DNA of 64,000 nucleotides from Eubacteriales bacterium (lineage in GTDB: Bacteria > Bacillota > Clostridia > Oscillospirales > QAKW01), in NCBI GenBank assembly GCA_045593905.1, contig JAZNXL010000015.1, forward strand, positions 4,572 through 68,571, written 5' to 3'. The translations under genes and the position numbers were made by a program. The notes beneath the pieces were generated by a model. The model saw only the letters and a list, made by a program, of their open reading frames with translations, was not told where the DNA came from and did no database searches. Numbering within the stretch: the first letter of the stretch is position 1; every line of letters begins with the position of its first letter. Below, piece after piece: positions 10,033-20,221 of this stretch.

Positions 10033-10070
10033 CCTCCGTCTGTCAACAATACTGACAACGGAGGTTTTTT
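10033..10070 (+). terminator. intrinsic terminator
   Basis: Stem cctccgt...acggagg with inner tgtca/tgaca pairing, followed by tttttt. Confidence 0.7.
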
Positions 10071-10073
10071 ACT

Positions 10074-10760
10074 ATGGATAACAAACATATATTTGATAAA
10101 CAAAAATCAAGGTCAAAAAAATTTACCTATATTGTGGTTGCGCTTTTGTGTATTGGCGCAATCGGTACGCTTTCTTATCTTTCATACAGGGCAGTAAAGC
10201 CTACAAATGAGCCACAGCCTCAAATTGACAACACCGATACTGTAAATAACACAAAAGACGATGTTGTAGATAGTTTGCCCGAGGTCGAAACAAATACCCA
10301 GCCCGAAACCGAGGTCAAAGAGCCTGAGCCCGAGGCCGAGGTAGGCGGAAAAGACTATATAATGCCTGTAAAAAGTGACGAGGTATCTGTAAAGTTTTCG
10401 CTTGAAACACCGGTCTATTCAAAAACGCTGGGTGACTGGCGCGTGCACGACGGTGTTGATTTTTCAGCAGGCACTGGCGCCGAGGTTGTGGCTGTAAATG
10501 ACGGTGTTGTCGAAGATATAATACACCACGATTTAATGGGTGTTACAGTTATTATTAAGCACGGCGACGGCAAAAAATCGACCTATAGCAATTTAGAAGA
10601 CAGCGTAACACTTGAAAATGGACAAATTATAAATCAGGGCGATGTTGTAGGCAGGGTAGGTGCAACCGCTGTTTACGAGATTGCTGACGGTCCGCATCTT
10701 CACTTTGAAATGAGTGACAACGGCAAAAAAATCGACCCGCTTTCAGTTATTAAAAAATAA
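10074..10760 (+). CDS. membrane-anchored M23/LytM peptidase, possibly the SpoIIQ equivalent
   Basis: N-terminal TM and an acidic/Pro-rich linker. M23 motifs HDGVDF and GPHLHFEM are intact. Lies directly downstream of spoIID. Confidence 0.75.
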   Translation: MDNKHIFDKQKSRSKKFTYIVVALLCIGAIGTLSYLSYRAVKPTNEPQPQIDNTDTVNNTKDDVVDSLPEVETNTQPETEVKEPEPEAEVGGKDYIMPVKSDEVSVKFSLETPVYSKTLGDWRVHDGVDFSAGTGAEVVAVNDGVVEDIIHHDLMGVTVIIKHGDGKKSTYSNLEDSVTLENGQIINQGDVVGRVGATAVYEIADGPHLHFEMSDNGKKIDPLSVIKK

Positions 10761-10797
10761 CACTTTATTTTTAAAATAATTTTGCTATAATGGGGTT

Positions 10798-11199
10798 ATG
10801 AAAAAGTATTTTATAACCCCAATTTTAATATTTGCTTTGCTTTTAACTTCCTGCTCTTCAAATGTTGTTAGCCATCTTGCGTTTGAAACACCGCTTTTAA
10901 AAACCGAGCCGCTAAATTGCGACGGAACCGATACTGTTTATTTTTATGTAGACAGGCAGGTTTATGACCTAAGCGTTGATGTTAACGAGTACAGTGAGCA
11001 AAAAGGTGAGTATACAAAACTAAAAACGGTACATACTCAAAAAACGCTTTTACCCGATACCGCGCTTGCAATCAACCTTAATTTAAAGAGCGAGATACCG
11101 TATGTGTCGGTAACCTACAGCTTAGAGAGTGGCAAAACGCGTCAGCAGTTTATATACTGCGACCAAAACCAAAAGCTTTGGCTTTTAGAACAAAAATAA
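10798..11199 (+). CDS. putative lipoprotein, function unknown
   Basis: Signal peptide with lipobox LLTSC. Confidence 0.55.
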   Translation: MKKYFITPILIFALLLTSCSSNVVSHLAFETPLLKTEPLNCDGTDTVYFYVDRQVYDLSVDVNEYSEQKGEYTKLKTVHTQKTLLPDTALAINLNLKSEIPYVSVTYSLESGKTRQQFIYCDQNQKLWLLEQK

Positions 11200-11204
11200 A
11201 AAAA

Positions 11205-11230
11205 CTCGGTAATTTTTTACCGGGTTTTTT
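11205..11230 (+). terminator. intrinsic terminator
   Basis: Stem ctcggtaa / ttaccggg followed by a T-run. Confidence 0.65.
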
Positions 11231-11278
11231 AATATTTATCGCTTTTTTATGCAAACTTAAAATAAAGGAGTGATAATT

Positions 11279-12610
11279 ATGAAAAAAATAGCAGCGCTAA
11301 TTTTATGCGTGGTACTTTTACTATCACTTGTGTCTTGTAACAATAATCAAAACGACACTGTGACAGTACGCTTTTTAAACTTTAAACCCGAAATTGCCGA
11401 TGTTTATAACGATATAGCAAAGGCATACAAAGACGAAACAGGTGTAAACCTTGTGGTTGATACCGCGGCGAACAATACCTACGAATCAACTCTTGCGGCG
11501 CGTATGGGCACAAGCGAAGCGCCTACAATCTTTCAAATTAACGGTCCTCGCGGTTATGCAAACTGGAGTGACTACTGCAAAGACTTATCAGAGACTGAGC
11601 TTTACAAGCATTTAAACGACAAGTCTATTGCAATTGAAAAAGACGGCAAGGTTTACGGTGTTCCGTATTTGATTGAGGGCTACGGCATTATTTATAATAC
11701 CGCTATTACCGACAAGTACTTTGCCCTTACAGATAGACAAACTGACGTAAACTCAATGGACGAGGTAAACAGCTTTGAAAAGCTTTCAAAGGTTGTAACC
11801 GATATGCAAAAGCACGCAAAAGATATTGGTATTGACGGTGTTTTTGCGGCCACATCTTTAAAATCGGGCGAGGACTGGCGTTGGCAAACACACCTTGCAA
11901 ACGTGCCTGTTTTTTACGAGTTCAAAAAAGGTAACGTTGACCTCACAGGTGATAAAACAAAAGAGATTGCTTTTGAGTATGCAAGCAATTATAAAAATTT
12001 GTTTGACCTTTATATAAACAACTCGACTACCGATAAAAAACTGCTCGGCTCAAAAATTGTTGACGAGTCAATGGCAGAGTTTGCGCTCGGCAAGTGTGCA
12101 ATGGTGCAAAACGGAAACTGGGCATGGTCGCAAATAAAGGGCATTAGCGGTAATACTGTAAAAGAAGAAAATATTAAGTTTTTACCGCTCTATATGGGTA
12201 TTGAGGGCGAGAACGAGCAAGGCCTTTGCATAGGTACCGAAAACTTTATTTGCATTAACTCAAAGGCAAGTGAGGCCGAGCAAAAAGCAGCAGAGGACTT
12301 TTTATACTGGCTGTTTTCGAGTGAAACAGGTAAAAAGTATGTAACCGAAAGACTTGATTTTATAGCGCCATTCGATACCTTTACCGAACAAGAAATTCCC
12401 AGCGACCCGCTTGCGCGCGAGATTATTGCGTGGTCAAAGCGCACCGATGTTGACTCTGTTCCGTGGAACTTTACACTGTTTCCAAGCCAAGAGTTTAAAA
12501 ACACCTTTGGCGCATCACTTTTGCAGTATGCACAGGGCACACGTGAATGGAAAGAGGTTGTAAACGATGTTAAAAACAGTTGGAAGAGCGAAAGCGCAAA
12601 GCTGAAATAA
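11279..12610 (+). CDS. carbohydrate ABC transporter substrate-binding lipoprotein
   Basis: ATG at 11279 lies 8 nt after AAGGAG. Lipobox LVSC. About 440 aa, the usual size for family-1 sugar-binding proteins. Followed by two MalFG-type permeases. Confidence 0.85.
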   Translation: MKKIAALILCVVLLLSLVSCNNNQNDTVTVRFLNFKPEIADVYNDIAKAYKDETGVNLVVDTAANNTYESTLAARMGTSEAPTIFQINGPRGYANWSDYCKDLSETELYKHLNDKSIAIEKDGKVYGVPYLIEGYGIIYNTAITDKYFALTDRQTDVNSMDEVNSFEKLSKVVTDMQKHAKDIGIDGVFAATSLKSGEDWRWQTHLANVPVFYEFKKGNVDLTGDKTKEIAFEYASNYKNLFDLYINNSTTDKKLLGSKIVDESMAEFALGKCAMVQNGNWAWSQIKGISGNTVKEENIKFLPLYMGIEGENEQGLCIGTENFICINSKASEAEQKAAEDFLYWLFSSETGKKYVTERLDFIAPFDTFTEQEIPSDPLAREIIAWSKRTDVDSVPWNFTLFPSQEFKNTFGASLLQYAQGTREWKEVVNDVKNSWKSESAKLK

Positions 12611-12611
12611 T

Positions 12612-13454
12612 ATGGAAAAGCGACTTAAAAAATATTTTTTTGTATTTATGCTGCCAATTCTTACGGCGTTTATAACTGTATTTATAATTCCGTTTTTAAT
12701 GGGAGTATACCTTTCGTTTTGTAAGTTTACAACAGTTGATAACGCAACCTTTACAGGCGTTTCAAACTACCTTGCAATTTTTAAAGACGAGGGGTTTTTA
12801 AACTCGCTGTGGTTTACTGTTAAGTTTACTTTCGTATCGGTTATAAGTGTAAATGTAATAGCCTTTACACTTGCTCTTGCGCTAACTCGTGGGCTAAAAG
12901 GCTCAAACTTTTTCAGAACTGTGTTTTTTATGCCAAATCTTATTGGCGGAATAGTGCTTGGCTATATCTGGAACCTTATAATCAACGGTATTTTAGGTGT
13001 TTTTGGCGTTGATATAACCTATAGCGCAACCTATGGCTTTTGGGGGCTTGTTGCGGTTATGAACTGGCAGCTTGTAGGTTATATGATGGTGGTGTATATT
13101 GCAGGTATTCAAAGCATACCCACGTCACTTACCGAGGCATCGCAAATTGACGGTGCATCGCCTTTTCAGTCTCTTACTAAAATTATAATACCAATGATAA
13201 TGCCCTCGGTTACAATTTGCACCTTTTTAACACTCGCAAACTCGTTTAAACTGTTTGACCAAAATCTTGCGCTTACTAACGGCGCGCCTGCAAAGGCAAC
13301 TACAATGATGGCGCTTGATATTTACAATACTTTTTACAACTCGGTAGGTCAGCAGGGAATAGGTCAGGCAAAAGCGGTTGTGTTTGCACTTATTGTTGCG
13401 GTGATTGCGTTTTTACAGTTAAAAATAACAGGCAGCAGGGAGGAGCAGTTATGA
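12612..13454 (+). CDS. sugar ABC transporter permease (MalF/UgpA-like)
   Basis: Multi-TM protein with the EAA-type loop EASQIDGASPFQSLTKIIIP. Confidence 0.9.
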   Translation: MEKRLKKYFFVFMLPILTAFITVFIIPFLMGVYLSFCKFTTVDNATFTGVSNYLAIFKDEGFLNSLWFTVKFTFVSVISVNVIAFTLALALTRGLKGSNFFRTVFFMPNLIGGIVLGYIWNLIINGILGVFGVDITYSATYGFWGLVAVMNWQLVGYMMVVYIAGIQSIPTSLTEASQIDGASPFQSLTKIIIPMIMPSVTICTFLTLANSFKLFDQNLALTNGAPAKATTMMALDIYNTFYNSVGQQGIGQAKAVVFALIVAVIAFLQLKITGSREEQL

Positions 13455-14332
13455 AAAAACACTCGTACAAGTTTGCGCTTTACCCAATGCTTGTTATTGC
13501 GGCGGCGGTGTTTGTTGCGCCAATAATAATTGTTTTATACAACTCGTTTAAAAACAAGCTGTATATTATGAGCTCGCCGTTTAGCTTTCCGAACGCAAAC
13601 ACCTTTGATTTAACAAACTATACACGCGGTATTGTAAACTCAGGCTTTTTCGGCAAGTGGTTTTCGTCGCTTGTTGGCGTTTATACATCAAGCAGTGTGG
13701 TGGGCGCGTTCGGGCGCTCGGTGTTTATAACCGTGTCGTCGGTAGCGGTGTTGGTGCTTTTTTCGTCAATGGCGGCGTGGTATATAAACCGTTCAGGCTC
13801 GAAACTGTGCAGGGCTATATATTACCTGCTCGTGTTTAGTATGGTAGTGCCGTTTCAAATGGTAATGTATACAATGACCTCGGTTGTAATGAGCGCATCG
13901 CTTAATAACCCCGTAGGTATTGTGTTTGTTTACCTTGGCTTTGGTGCAGGGCTTTCGGTGTTTATGTACTCGGGGTTTGTAAAAAGCGTACCGCTCGAGA
14001 TTGAAGAGGCGGCAATGATAGACGGCTGCAACCCTATTCAAACGTTTTTTAAAATAGTGTTTCCTGTTTTAAAGCCGATAACGGTAACTGTTGCAATTTT
14101 GCAAACAATGTGGGTGTGGAACGACTATTTACTGCCTTACCTTGTGCTTGGCTCAAAGTATAAAACAATACCCGTTGCCGTTCAGCTTGCAATGCAGGGC
14201 GCATACGGCTCGGTCGACTGGGGCTCGTTTATGGCAATGCTTGTTGTTGCAATAATACCTATTGTGGTATTTTACCTGTTCGGGCAAAAGTATATTATAA
14301 ACGGCGTTGTGGCAGGCGCAGTAAAAGGATAA
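13451..14332 (+). CDS. sugar ABC transporter permease (MalG/UgpE-like)
   Basis: Multi-TM protein with the EAA loop EEAAMIDGCNPIQTFFKIVFP. 4-nt overlap with the upstream permease. Confidence 0.9.
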   Translation: MKKHSYKFALYPMLVIAAAVFVAPIIIVLYNSFKNKLYIMSSPFSFPNANTFDLTNYTRGIVNSGFFGKWFSSLVGVYTSSSVVGAFGRSVFITVSSVAVLVLFSSMAAWYINRSGSKLCRAIYYLLVFSMVVPFQMVMYTMTSVVMSASLNNPVGIVFVYLGFGAGLSVFMYSGFVKSVPLEIEEAAMIDGCNPIQTFFKIVFPVLKPITVTVAILQTMWVWNDYLLPYLVLGSKYKTIPVAVQLAMQGAYGSVDWGSFMAMLVVAIIPIVVFYLFGQKYIINGVVAGAVKG

Positions 14333-14342
14333 ATAAAAATAA

Positions 14343-14370
14343 AAAGAGAGTCTATTTTAGACTCTCTTTT
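14343..14370. terminator. bidirectional terminator between the ABC operon and trmD
   Basis: Stem aaagagagtct / agactctcttt with flanking A and T runs. Confidence 0.75.
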
Positions 14371-15041
14371 AACATATCAGGTCTGCATTTTTTAGTAATT
14401 TCAACGCTTTGCTCGTGTTGCCATTTTTGTATGTTTGCGTGGTGTCCCGAAAGCAGTATTTCGGGTACGCGTTTGCCGTTCCATACCTCAGGGCGAGTGT
14501 ATTGCGGGTGCTCGAGCAGTCCGTCAAAGTGACTTTCTTTTTCAAAAGCCTCGCTGTCGGCAAGTACACCGTCAATCATACGGCTGACACTGTCTATTAC
14601 AACGCAGGCTGCAAGCTCGCCGCCTGTTAGCACATAATCGCCTATAGAAATTTCTTCGTCGACAATTTCGTCAAGCACACGCTGGTCAATGCCTTCGTAG
14701 TGACCGCAAAGAATAACAATGTTATCAAGCTTTGAAAGCTCCACTGCTTTTTTTTGCGTTAAGACTTTGCCTTTTGGCGACATATAAATGGTGTGCGGCT
14801 TGGTCTTTGCGTTTTTAGTAACGTCTAAAAAGCAGTCGTAAATAGGCTGGCACTGCATAACCATACCGTAGCCTCCGCCGTAAGGGTAGTCGTCAACGCG
14901 CCTGTGCTTGTCAGTTGAATAGTCGCGTATGTCAACTGCGTTAACGGTTATAATGTTTTGCTCTATTGCACGTCCGATAACACTCTGGCTCATTGCGTGA
15001 GTTATCATTTCGGGGAAAAGTGTTAAAACATCAAATCTCAT
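14352..15041 (-). CDS. trmD: tRNA (guanine37-N1)-methyltransferase
   Basis: MRFDVLTLFPEM start, YPYGGGYGMV, GHYEGIDQRV. Follows rimM. Confidence 0.95.
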   Translation of the reverse strand: MRFDVLTLFPEMITHAMSQSVIGRAIEQNIITVNAVDIRDYSTDKHRRVDDYPYGGGYGMVMQCQPIYDCFLDVTKNAKTKPHTIYMSPKGKVLTQKKAVELSKLDNIVILCGHYEGIDQRVLDEIVDEEISIGDYVLTGGELAACVVIDSVSRMIDGVLADSEAFEKESHFDGLLEHPQYTRPEVWNGKRVPEILLSGHHANIQKWQHEQSVEITKKCRPDMLKESLK

Positions 15042-15535
15042 TAAAACAGTCCCTTCATAACTTTTATAACAATGCGTTTTTGCTCAATATCAATCTCTTT
15101 TACAATATCGTCAATTTTGGGTATGAGCACGCTTTTTTGACCGTCGCTTACCTCAAACACATCGTTTGCGCCGGTTTGGATAACGTTTGTTACCTTGCCG
15201 TAGCACTCGCCTGATTCAATATCAAAAACCGAGCAGCCTTTTATATCTTCAATAAAAAACCTGCCCTCTTCGAGCTCTACGTCGTTTTTGTCAATATAAA
15301 TCATACTGCCAACAAGCTTTTCGGCATCGTTAATATCGTTAATGCCCTCAAACTTAACAAGCGCCTGACCTTTGTGCACACGCGCCGATTTTACTGCGGT
15401 TTTTTGCGACTCGATATATAAATAGTCAAACTCGCATAAAAACTCGGCATCGTCACAATAGGGGTAAATACGCACTTCGCCCCTGAGCGAGTGGGTGTTT
15501 ACAATTTTTCCTGCTTTTAAAAGATTATCGTTCAT
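15041..15535 (-). CDS. rimM: 16S rRNA processing protein RimM
   Basis: GKIVNTHSLRGEVRI N-terminal motif plus a PRC-barrel C-terminus, in the conserved operon position. Confidence 0.9.
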   Translation of the reverse strand: MNDNLLKAGKIVNTHSLRGEVRIYPYCDDAEFLCEFDYLYIESQKTAVKSARVHKGQALVKFEGINDINDAEKLVGSMIYIDKNDVELEEGRFFIEDIKGCSVFDIESGECYGKVTNVIQTGANDVFEVSDGQKSVLIPKIDDIVKEIDIEQKRIVIKVMKGLF

Positions 15536-15545
15536 TTTTTTATCT

Positions 15546-15576
15546 CCAAAAAATAAAAGGAGGTTATACCTCCTTT
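15546..15576 (-). terminator. intra-operon stem-loop with U-tract between khpA-like gene and rimM
   Basis: On the minus strand: aaaggaggt-ata-acctccttt followed by tattttttgg. Confidence 0.5.
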
Positions 15577-15588
15577 AACAAAAATTGC

Positions 15589-15816
15589 TTACTTTATTTC
15601 AAGTACAACTTTTTTTGACAGCTTAAACGAAGCTGATTTAACGATAGAACGGATTGCTTTTGCAATTTTTCCGTGCTTACCGATAACTCTGCCCATGTCG
15701 TCTGCGGCAACACTTAAGGTATATACAATAGTATCCTCGGTTTCTTGCTCTGTAACAACAACTTCATCGGGCATATCCACAAGTGACTTTGCAAGATAGG
15801 TAATAAGTTCTTTCAT
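15589..15816 (-). CDS. KH-domain RNA-binding protein (KhpA/YlqC, UPF0109)
   Basis: 75 aa with the GRVIGKHGKIAKAIR KH GxxG motif. Sits between rpsP and rimM. Confidence 0.85.
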   Translation of the reverse strand: MKELITYLAKSLVDMPDEVVVTEQETEDTIVYTLSVAADDMGRVIGKHGKIAKAIRSIVKSASFKLSKKVVLEIK

Positions 15817-15856
15817 ATTTAACGTCCAATCTGAGAATTAGTAATAGGGTTATAGA

Positions 15857-16099
15857 TTAAAGAACGCCCTCTTTTTTTAACAAAGCCTTAACTGTATCTG
15901 TGGGTTGAGCGCCGTTTTTAATCCAATTTTTAGCTTTGTCAGCATCAATTGTAACGGTTGTAGGCTCAGTGCAGGGGTTGTATGTTCCGATTTCCTCGAT
16001 AAATCTACCATCGCGGGGGAATCTTGAATCAGCAACAACAATTCTATATGTGGGTGCATGTGTTGCGCCGAGTCTTCTAAGTCTAATTTTAACAGCCAT
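15857..16099 (-). CDS. rpsP: 30S ribosomal protein S16
   Basis: [26 protein letters not shown]. Confidence 0.95.
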   Translation of the reverse strand: MAVKIRLRRLGATHAPTYRIVVADSRFPRDGRFIEEIGTYNPCTEPTTVTIDADKAKNWIKNGAQPTDTVKALLKKEGVL

Positions 16100-16126
16100 T
16101 GTTTTTGTTCTCCTTTCGTAGTGTTT

Positions 16127-17455
16127 TTATATACCAAATCCTCTAAGAAATTTTTTGTTGTTCTTGTTGGAATTTAGTTGCTTAAATAATTTGTTCATTT
16201 GCTCAAACTGCTTTAAAAGCCTGTTAACCTGTTCAACAGATGTACCGCTTCCTGCAGCAATTCGTCTGCGCCTTGACGCGTTCATAACCGACGGGTCTTC
16301 GCGCTCTTTGGGTGTCATTGACAAAATAATTGCCTCAACCCTTGCCATTTGCTTTTCGTCAACGCTTACGTTTTTCATCTGCGCGCCCATACCCGGCATC
16401 ATACCGAGTAGGTTTTCGAGCGGGCCCATCTTTTTGAGCTGTTTCATTTGCTCTAAAAAGTCAGAAAGCGTAAACTTGTTTTTGAGCATTTTTTGCGAAA
16501 GCTCTTCGGCTTGCTTTTGGTCAAAAGCCTCTTGAGCCTTGTCAATAAGTGTGAGTACGTCGCCCATACCGAGTATTCGCGAAGCCATTCTGTCGGGGTA
16601 AAACGGCTCTATGTCTTCCATTTTTTCGCCAATACCTGCAAACTTAATCGGCTTGCCTGTAATGTGCTTAACTGAAAGCGCCGCACCGCCTCTTGTATCG
16701 CCGTCGAGCTTTGTGAGCACAACGCCGTCAATATCTAAAAGCTCGTTAAAGCTCTGGGCTACGTTTACTGCGTCCTGACCTGTCATTGCATCAACAACAA
16801 GCAAGATTTCGCTCGGCTTAACCTGTGCCTTAATTTGCGAAAGCTCACCCATAAGCTGCTCGTCAATGTGAAGCCTACCTGCAGTATCTATAAATACAAT
16901 GTCGTTGCCGTGTTTTTTTGCGTGTTCAATACCTGCTTTTGCAATTTTAACGGCATTTTTTTCGCCGTCGATTTTAAAAACAGGCACGCCAACTGATTCG
17001 CCGACAATACAAAGCTGACTTACAGCGGCGGGTCTGTATACGTCGCACGCAATCATAAGCGGACGTTTGTGTTGCTTTTTAAAATAGTTTGCAAGTTTTG
17101 CACAGTGAGTAGTTTTACCTGTACCCTGAAGACCTACCATCATAACGATTGTAGGCGGTGCCGACGAGATTTTAATTTTTGAAACCTCGGCACCCATGAG
17201 GGCGGTAAGCTCCTCGTTTACAATTTTTATAACCTGTTGCGACGGTGTTAAGCTTTCGAGCACCTCGCTGCCAACACAACGCGCCGAAACGTTTGCAATA
17301 AACTCTTTTACAACCTTAAAGCTAACGTCAGCCTCAAGTAGCGCAAGTTTGATTTCGCGCATTGCGGTTTTAACGTCAGCCTCTGACAAACTGCCTTTGC
17401 GCTTTAAGTTTTTAAAAGCCTGTGCTAACTTGTCTTGAAGACCTTCAAATGCCAT
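16127..17455 (-). CDS. ffh: signal recognition particle protein Ffh
   Basis: NG domain GLQGTGKTT, DTAGR, TKLDGD. Met-rich M domain LLGMMPGMG. Confidence 0.96.
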   Translation of the reverse strand: MAFEGLQDKLAQAFKNLKRKGSLSEADVKTAMREIKLALLEADVSFKVVKEFIANVSARCVGSEVLESLTPSQQVIKIVNEELTALMGAEVSKIKISSAPPTIVMMVGLQGTGKTTHCAKLANYFKKQHKRPLMIACDVYRPAAVSQLCIVGESVGVPVFKIDGEKNAVKIAKAGIEHAKKHGNDIVFIDTAGRLHIDEQLMGELSQIKAQVKPSEILLVVDAMTGQDAVNVAQSFNELLDIDGVVLTKLDGDTRGGAALSVKHITGKPIKFAGIGEKMEDIEPFYPDRMASRILGMGDVLTLIDKAQEAFDQKQAEELSQKMLKNKFTLSDFLEQMKQLKKMGPLENLLGMMPGMGAQMKNVSVDEKQMARVEAIILSMTPKEREDPSVMNASRRRRIAAGSGTSVEQVNRLLKQFEQMNKLFKQLNSNKNNKKFLRGFGI

Positions 17456-17464
17456 AGCTTACCT

Positions 17465-17839
17465 CTAAAAATTGTTTTCGCTTTGGCGATATTCTGCCAA
17501 TTCGTTAAGTATATCGTCACAAAACTCTGCAATTTCTTTAGAGTAGCTGTGTCTTGAATTTATGTCTTTAATATTTTCGGTAAGGTTAATAACAGCAGCC
17601 GCCTTGTCGTCGACCTGAGCATACTTTTTATAAAAGCCAAGCTTTTCTTCCATTTCTAAAAGTATTGCCTCACCGCGCTTTATCGAATCGCGTACACCCT
17701 GACGTGTTATTTTGGTGTGTTGTGCAATCTCAGCGAGTGATAAGTCTTCGTTGTAATATAATTCTAATGCATCTAACTGCTTGTCTGTGAGTATTCCGCC
17801 GTAAAAGTCCATTAACAGCGATATTTTCAGGTCTTTCAT
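17465..17839 (-). CDS. ylxM: YlxM/UPF0122 putative DNA-binding protein
   Basis: Sigma-70 region-4-like HTH (LSLAEIAQHTKITRQGVRDSI), directly upstream of ffh. Confidence 0.85.
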   Translation of the reverse strand: MKDLKISLLMDFYGGILTDKQLDALELYYNEDLSLAEIAQHTKITRQGVRDSIKRGEAILLEMEEKLGFYKKYAQVDDKAAAVINLTENIKDINSRHSYSKEIAEFCDDILNELAEYRQSENNF

Positions 17840-17910
17840 ATTAAACCTCCTAACGTGTGTAAAGCCAACTGCTTTACACCGATTAAGTATACTACATTTA
17901 ATTCAATTTG

Positions 17911-18819
17911 TCAATACCCAAAACTAGTTGAAATTACCTTTTTACACCCTTCGGGCGAGTAGTTCCAAAAATCGATATGGTCGCCATCAAAAAAGTAGTT
18001 AAAGCTATCGCGGATATGCTCGCCTTTAATCGTGTCGACAACGGCAAGCTTAACCTTCATTTTTTCGGGAATAATGCTTTTAATGTATACGCTTACTCTG
18101 TCGCCTGCCTCAACACCGTCGGTAATTTCGGCAAGCCCTGCAAGGTTTGGCAAAAGCTCAATAAAAATACCGTAGCTTTCAACACTGCGCACAATTCCGG
18201 GTACTGTCTGACCTGCCAAAAAGCAGGCGGCATTTTGCTCCCATGTTCCCAAAAGTTCTTTGTGTGATACGTTTATTCTTTGGTTTTCATAATCAACATC
18301 GGTAACTACCACCTTAATATCCATACCTGTTTCAAGGCGTGCCGAGGGGTGCTCAATTCGTGAGACCGAAATACTGTCTATAGGTATTAGTGATACAATA
18401 CCGCAACCTATATCGCAAAACGCACCAAACTGCTCAAGATGGGTGACTCTGGCATTAAGCACGTCACCGCTTTTTATGTTTTTGAGTATGTAGTCAAGGC
18501 ACTCTTTTTGCGCCGCCGCACGCGATAAAATTGCAACGCCGTTTTCAAAGCCTGTAACCTTAAAGCAAACGGTTTTGTTAACCCTTGTTATTATGGCAAC
18601 CTCTTTTACGCTGCCCTCTTTAATTCCAAGCGCCGCCTCGTTTTTTGGAATGATGGCGTCAATATTGCCAAGCTTTAAATGCAGGTTGTGGTCGCTATCG
18701 CACATAATGCACCTTGCCTCGCAAATTTTGCCCTCGTCCATTGCCCTTTGTAAACTGCCCATACTAAAGTTTGTTGTCTGATTTAAAAAGCCCTCGGGGC
18801 AGTATTCCTTGTTTTTCAT
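17911..18819 (-). CDS. S1 RNA-binding domain protein
   Basis: Two or three S1/OB-like repeats (GDVLNARVTHLEQFGAFCDIG; GQTVPGIVRSVESYGIFIEL). Start set at MKNKEY (ATG 18819), preceded by a GGAGGG RBS. Confidence 0.75.
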   Translation of the reverse strand: MKNKEYCPEGFLNQTTNFSMGSLQRAMDEGKICEARCIMCDSDHNLHLKLGNIDAIIPKNEAALGIKEGSVKEVAIITRVNKTVCFKVTGFENGVAILSRAAAQKECLDYILKNIKSGDVLNARVTHLEQFGAFCDIGCGIVSLIPIDSISVSRIEHPSARLETGMDIKVVVTDVDYENQRINVSHKELLGTWEQNAACFLAGQTVPGIVRSVESYGIFIELLPNLAGLAEITDGVEAGDRVSVYIKSIIPEKMKVKLAVVDTIKGEHIRDSFNYFFDGDHIDFWNYSPEGCKKVISTSFGY

Positions 18820-18959
18820 TTTAAACCCTCCGTAAAATGTAATGTAGTACATTTTATTGCCAGAATTTAAAATTAATTACTCAAAAAATTTATGATTGCC
18901 CTTTTAATTTGTATATTAGTATGTTATAATAATTTAGTTAAATTTTAAGGAGAGGTACT

Positions 18960-19154
18960 ATGGACGTAAAAGTAGGCGACAAACTCGTTATGAAAAAGCA
19001 ACACCCGTGCGGTGCCAAGCAGTTTACCGTTTTGCGTGTTGGTATGGACTTTAAAATAAAATGTGACGGCTGCGGCAGAGAGGTAATGGTGCCTCGTGTT
19101 AAGGTCGAAAAAAATATAAAAAGCATAATTTCATCAGGAGTTCAAAATGATTAA
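18960..19154 (+). CDS. DUF951-family small protein
   Basis: 64 aa, [41 protein letters not shown]. An extended -10 (TGTTATAAT, 18922-18930) lies upstream. Confidence 0.7.
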   Translation: MDVKVGDKLVMKKQHPCGAKQFTVLRVGMDFKIKCDGCGREVMVPRVKVEKNIKSIISSGVQND

Positions 19155-20220
19155 TAAAATCAAACAAATTTATGACCACTATAACGAGGTAGGGCAAAAG
19201 CTTGCCGACCCGCAAATAATAAGCGACCAGGCGGCGTATACCAAGCTTATGCGCGAGCATAAACACCTAACACCAATTATCGACAAATACAACGAGTACG
19301 TATCTTTCAAAACCGCACTCGACGACAGCGCCGAGCTTTTAGAAGACCCGTCACTCGACGAAGAAATGCGCCTTTTAGCCGAAGAAGAACAAAAAGAGGC
19401 AAAAGATGCCATTGCGCGTATTACCGAGGAGCTTAAAATTCTTTTATTACCGCGCGACGAAAACGACGACAAAAACGTTATTATCGAAATCCGCGGCGGT
19501 GCAGGCGGTGAAGAGGCGGCACTTTTTGCGGCTAATCTTTACAGAATGTATACAATGTATGCCGAAACAAAAGGCTTTAAGTATGAGGTATTAAACCTTT
19601 ACGATACCGAGCTTGGCGGCATTAAAGAAATATCCTTTTCAATCAGCGGTGACGGCGCATACTCGCGCTATAAGTTTGAAAGCGGTGTTCACCGCGTTCA
19701 GCGTGTGCCTGAAACCGAAAGCGGCGGACGTATTCACACATCAACCGTAACCGTTGCGGTTCTTCCCGAAGCCGAGGATGTTGAGTTTGAAATAAGCCCC
19801 ACCGACCTTCAGATTGATACCTTTCGCGCATCAGGTGCGGGCGGTCAGCACGTAAACAAAACCGAGAGTGCTATCCGTATAACCCACCTTCCTACAGGTC
19901 TTGTGGTTGAGTGCCAAGACGAGCGCTCACAGCACAAAAACAAAGACCGCGCGCTTAAAATATTGCGTTCGCGACTTGTTGAAGCCGAGCGCGAAAAACA
20001 AAACGCCGAAATTGCGAGTGAACGTAAGCTGCAGGTAGGTACAGGTGACCGCAGTGAGCGTATCCGTACCTATAACTACCCACAGGGCAGAGTAACCGAC
20101 CACAGAATCGGTCTTACCCTTTACAAACTCGAGCAAATTTTAAACGGCGCTCTTGACGAGGTTATTGACGCACTCATAACCGAGGACCAAGCCGAAAAAC
20201 TCAAAAGCTCACAGGAGTAA
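19147..20220 (+). CDS. prfA: peptide chain release factor 1
   Basis: PET tripeptide context VQRVPETES and GGQ motif [14 protein letters not shown]. Confidence 0.96.
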   Translation: MINKIKQIYDHYNEVGQKLADPQIISDQAAYTKLMREHKHLTPIIDKYNEYVSFKTALDDSAELLEDPSLDEEMRLLAEEEQKEAKDAIARITEELKILLLPRDENDDKNVIIEIRGGAGGEEAALFAANLYRMYTMYAETKGFKYEVLNLYDTELGGIKEISFSISGDGAYSRYKFESGVHRVQRVPETESGGRIHTSTVTVAVLPEAEDVEFEISPTDLQIDTFRASGAGGQHVNKTESAIRITHLPTGLVVECQDERSQHKNKDRALKILRSRLVEAEREKQNAEIASERKLQVGTGDRSERIRTYNYPQGRVTDHRIGLTLYKLEQILNGALDEVIDALITEDQAEKLKSSQE

Positions 20221-20221
20221 A

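Noticed and set aside
17857-17879. Hairpin gtgtaaagc/gctttacac between the S1-domain gene and ylxM, as a possible terminator.
   Set aside because: No U-tract follows it on the transcribed (minus) strand. It directly precedes the ylxM RBS, so it is more likely a 5' leader structure or has no function.
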